Source of the DNA: an uncultured Clostridia bacterium
GTDB taxonomy: Bacteria; Bacillota; Clostridia; Christensenellales; UBA1242
Length of the DNA stretch: 64,000 bases
NCBI GenBank assembly: GCA_947591785.1
Contig: CANQDK010000002.1
Coordinates: 79,069 to 143,068, forward strand
Direction: 5' to 3'
Shown here in pieces: positions 62,201 through 64,000 of the stretch; the first letter of the stretch is position 1; every line of letters starts with the position of its first letter. The translations under genes and the position numbers were made by a program. The notes under the pieces are model-generated. The model was given only the letters and a program-made list of their open reading frames with translations. It made no database searches and had not been told where the DNA came from.

Positions 62201-62734
62201 ATTTCCCTCTTCAGTGGTAACTTTCACGCAGATAAAGGTGTCGTAGTCAAGTCCAGAATTTTTAAGTTCAAAAAACTTGTTTCTTATGTAGTCTATCTCT
62301 TCCGCCTTTGCCTTATAAATGGCTCTCTGCTCTGGCGAAGCAAGTTCCATCGCTTTGAGATAGTTTTTGTCTTCTACAAATTTATTACTGCTGACATCAT
62401 AACAAATAGGTTGAAAGCGATATTTCACTCCATCTTCCCCATTTGTGACATCTTTAAGATACTGAACCTTTGCTGTTGCAAGAGCCATTCCAAAGTAACC
62501 CTCAGGCCCATCTGGTTCAAGTTCTGTTGCCTTTTGGAACATTATGTAGGCATCATCAAAGTGAAAGGTTTCAAGATTTTGTTCACCTTCCACTAATTTA
62601 GACCTTGTTGAAGAAAATGACTTAGGTAAAATCATTTTGCTTCTGCAATATGGACATGTCAACACGCCATTCACAGAGGTTGTTATATCAAGTTTGCCTT
62701 CACAGTTTTTACATCTCAATTCATTAACATTCAT
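59276..62734 (-). CDS. Zn-ribbon / TPR-like / TIR-domain protein with a long helical region, 4-5 TM helices and a C-terminal BspA-type LRR-like segment
   Basis: N-terminal CKNCEGK-x15-CPYCRSK. The TIR-like block is DYDTFICVKV...EDSTIASKLYHELRKLDYKPFYSEEEMSGKVGSDYEAMILYALYCAKSMIIVCTNEAYLQTPWVRNEY. The TM cluster includes FFMIIGFPLIMLWKAFVYFF...IMLFLPFIAPVLISVCLGMIPLY. The C-terminus is VTKVTISTGLTTINSYAFSSLKNLNEVVF. GAGAGG lies 6 nt upstream of ATG 62734. Confidence 0.7.
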   Translation of the reverse strand: MNVNELRCKNCEGKLDITTSVNGVLTCPYCRSKMILPKSFSSTRSKLVEGEQNLETFHFDDAYIMFQKATELEPDGPEGYFGMALATAKVQYLKDVTNGEDGVKYRFQPICYDVSSNKFVEDKNYLKAMELASPEQRAIYKAKAEEIDYIRNKFFELKNSGLDYDTFICVKVTTEEGNHTEDSTIASKLYHELRKLDYKPFYSEEEMSGKVGSDYEAMILYALYCAKSMIIVCTNEAYLQTPWVRNEYSRYNHMLSEGEKEDGSITFVFKGKPVEKLPNVKGKIQGIDFNNYKALQQVLDFVDKFSSSNIPTIQRKDYAEIQVKKKQLNKQAIKKRDLGDLKGKKATISELTMLKNAEDLLKNGDYVHAQSFCNSILGINPSLSDAYFISFLAENKFSDKEKFVECPKIDDYSVFEKAIATRHKDDNSLYDLLEERVKKHKNLSDYEEYIALPDSDDESIATLTSVMFKSALESKDETVFNSIIRTIKDTDLYLKMNTEFLHILPAENRKTYYDNILSIDPSNQEALYETFLVENNLLNDDLIYEYCSNIENQKTIEEQVFAYGYNNYAVKKLTEITINKRDESGKRDIDSACSIFDFLLSMIPKQENEMFKNTVNSFLDYLYDFEDFSNRVNYRIEKMGEVQGAENIDYLKKDFDKIAEYINLVLSIDPFDHNAYFNRFLVRHKVVQDADLMKYSDELLDDEDYLSAINTYTEKFPNAENYYLELNKAVADCAKVNKYMVPTISFGFDSKLHKNDMLPIYKKAYETFSENYLKDLVKRFNNNYGLNLKTSTPSNICKGLKSATGELKLALNQTYHGSRLPRMKTDVFDNLIALANIFNHNDIEKCLKELQESENDYYSDNFKKKRELIETHRYDNKLDRTYRMQFLNASLIKKFFMIIGFPLIMLWKAFVYFFGREGWDETRPQRYILLPASFILGAGIVVTLILTLCGKFDFWLVYAVGFMGDDYILIPMLILFSILLLVTIYCMVAYYREPYSVTVDKIMLFLPFIAPVLISVCLGMIPLYQSQVFVGEGYLLRITSGEVRTCYIRDDGDVEIEIPEELNGKVVITIDGGWIPGEMMERVTKVTISTGLTTINSYAFSSLKNLNEVVFKDTSTGWHAGSKGIYYELKNPTKMAQLLKSDYRTETWKKDV

Positions 62735-62820
62735 CACAGACCTCTCATAAAATTAAAAAAACAACTTCAACATGACGGCTCAGTTTTGCTAAATAAACTA
62801 TGCATCAATAATACATATTA

Positions 62821-62850
62821 ATTCTACCATTTAAGTGTAAACTATGTCAA
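62821..62850 (-). promoter_or_regulatory. Near-consensus extended -10 promoter of the seven-gene TIR/ESCRT-III-like operon
   Basis: The minus strand reads TTGACA (62850-45), an 18-nt spacer, then TGgTAGAAT (TAGAAT at 62826-21), ~80 nt upstream of the start codon. Confidence 0.55.
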
Positions 62851-63186
62851 GTTTTTGCATAACTCAAATGCGTTATTTTACTATTTAAAGCGAAAGATTC
62901 CGTGCTTAACTTTATCGCAAGCAAATAATGTTGTTTTTAGATGAACACATATCTAAAAAAAGTGTGTTTTTATTCTCAAAATAAATTGTCAAATAGAATT
63001 TGGAAGTAAATTCAACACATATTTTTCTATTTTTGTTAAAAAATATAAATGTAATCAATTTATAAAATCTCGCAAAATTATTTTTATTTTTTTTGAAATT
63101 ATTTAAAAATTTGTTGACAGCGGGGGGATTTGAGCTATCCTAATTATAGCATTTAGATTGCAAAATTTATAAAAGGAGAAAAAAGG

Positions 63187-63765
63187 ATGAAAAAGAAATT
63201 GCTTACAAGTTTAGGATGTCTTGCTTTGGCTGTTGCAGGTGCATTTGGTTTGGTTGGCTGTGGGGCAAAACCAGACGTTAGCTTTGGTAAAGTTAAGGGA
63301 TTCTATAGAGAACATAATGTTTCAGTTCAAGAATCATCTTGGAAGAAAATTTCAAGCGATGCTGATGATACCAACTTTGATAAGTTGACAGCAGCTTATG
63401 AAATGACTGACGCCATTAAACTTTCAAAAGCTGATGACGACACTAAAGAAGCATTTGGCAGTGACTATGTTGTTTGCATTACTTTCGCAGGAAAAGGTCG
63501 TTCCGTCAACGACATTATTGTAAAGGTTTCTAAAGACACATACCCTGCAGATTGGAAAAGTGAAGAAGCCGGAACAAATGAAACGGCAAGAGATGGTGAA
63601 ACAGATTTCCACGCTTTCATGTCAGTTGATGTGTCAGAAAACAAGACAACAAAAAAAGTGGTTTATCTCTATCTCGACTGGGATGGTAACGAGGAAACAA
63701 CAGAAGACACAGAAATTTATAGATTTGTTATCCCTGCTGGACTCGCTTTGGCAGACGCAGAATAA
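63187..63765 (+). CDS. Hypothetical lipoprotein (192 aa), acidic
   Basis: MKKKLLTSLGCLALAVAGAFGLVGCGAKP lipobox with an AAAAGGAGAAAAAAGG SD. Confidence 0.7.
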   Translation: MKKKLLTSLGCLALAVAGAFGLVGCGAKPDVSFGKVKGFYREHNVSVQESSWKKISSDADDTNFDKLTAAYEMTDAIKLSKADDDTKEAFGSDYVVCITFAGKGRSVNDIIVKVSKDTYPADWKSEEAGTNETARDGETDFHAFMSVDVSENKTTKKVVYLYLDWDGNEETTEDTEIYRFVIPAGLALADAE

Positions 63766-63791
63766 GTCAGTAAAATAACTCAATTAAAAAA

Positions 63792-63822
63792 ACATATACA
63801 ACCCACAAGTATATGTTTTTTT
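63792..63822 (+). terminator. Rho-independent terminator
   Basis: ACATATAC (63792-99), a 9-nt loop, GTATATGT (63809-16), then T6. Confidence 0.65.
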
Positions 63823-64000
63823 ATTGTAAAGAATGCTGTTATTTGTATTATAAAGACCAATAAAGAAATCACTAAGAATTACATTTCAAATAAAAAGTTG
63901 TTCAATCACTTAACTTTTAAATAATCAAAACGACATCATAAAAATAAAAAATTTTTTAAACTTTTAACTTTCATTTTCAAATTGATAACAAACAAAGCAT

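Noticed and set aside
50951-62734. Calling the TIR gene plus the nearby macrodomain a Thoeris-like system
   Set aside because: The macrodomain gene is 8 kb away on the other strand, in a different transcription unit with its own decayed neighbours. No SIR2/SLOG ThsA-like gene is adjacent to the TIR gene. The TIR gene's true operon partners are the protease/SPFH/ESCRT-III-like/AAA+ genes.
1-64000. Possibility of a Mollicutes-type genetic code (TGA=Trp), suggested by low GC and abundant lipoproteins
   Set aside because: TGA terminates well-supported genes exactly where family length predicts: the macrodomain gene at 51704-06, and the GT2 at 39596-98 inside its terminator hairpin. Long ORFs are intact under the standard code.

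Overview
Low-GC (roughly one-third G+C by eye) Bacillota-like chromosomal segment using the standard code: TGA terminates well-supported genes. It has strong GGAGG-type ribosome-binding sites and readable sigma-A promoters of the form TTGACA-N17/18-(TGn)TAnAAT. Region 1-36 kb is mostly housekeeping: typA (partial), an RluA-type pseudouridine synthase, yabP/yabQ, a CvpA-like protein, a heterodimeric ABC exporter, tRNA-Ala, mscL, an NMN adenylyltransferase fusion, Cu/Zn SOD, and an ADH-ALDH-YhhN operon. These are interleaved with many large orphan lipoproteins, including one 3,842-aa ORF. One lipoprotein promoter carries a C9 tract in its spacer, a candidate phase-variation switch. There is also a 75-aa Cys/Gly-rich peptide gene. 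Region 36.5-52 kb looks like an accessory patchwork around tRNA-Arg(UCG). It holds an orphan type IV coupling protein, a truncated tRNA 5' half, several gene fragments, a GC-richer glycosyltransferase/SGNH/beta-helix trio, an HxlR-linked redox cluster, a PNPOx gene frameshifted in an A8 run, and a macrodomain gene. The headline is at 53.8-62.9 kb: a tightly packed seven-gene minus-strand operon behind a near-consensus promoter. It encodes a Zn-ribbon/TPR/TIR multi-pass membrane protein, a Zn-ribbon trypsin-like protease, an SPFH protein with C-terminal Zn-ribbons, a small helical protein, two ESCRT-III/Snf7-like proteins, and an MIT-domain double-AAA+ (Vps4-like) ATPase. I read this as a TIR/protease-coupled membrane-remodelling system. 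All homology calls come from motif reading by eye; no database search was possible.
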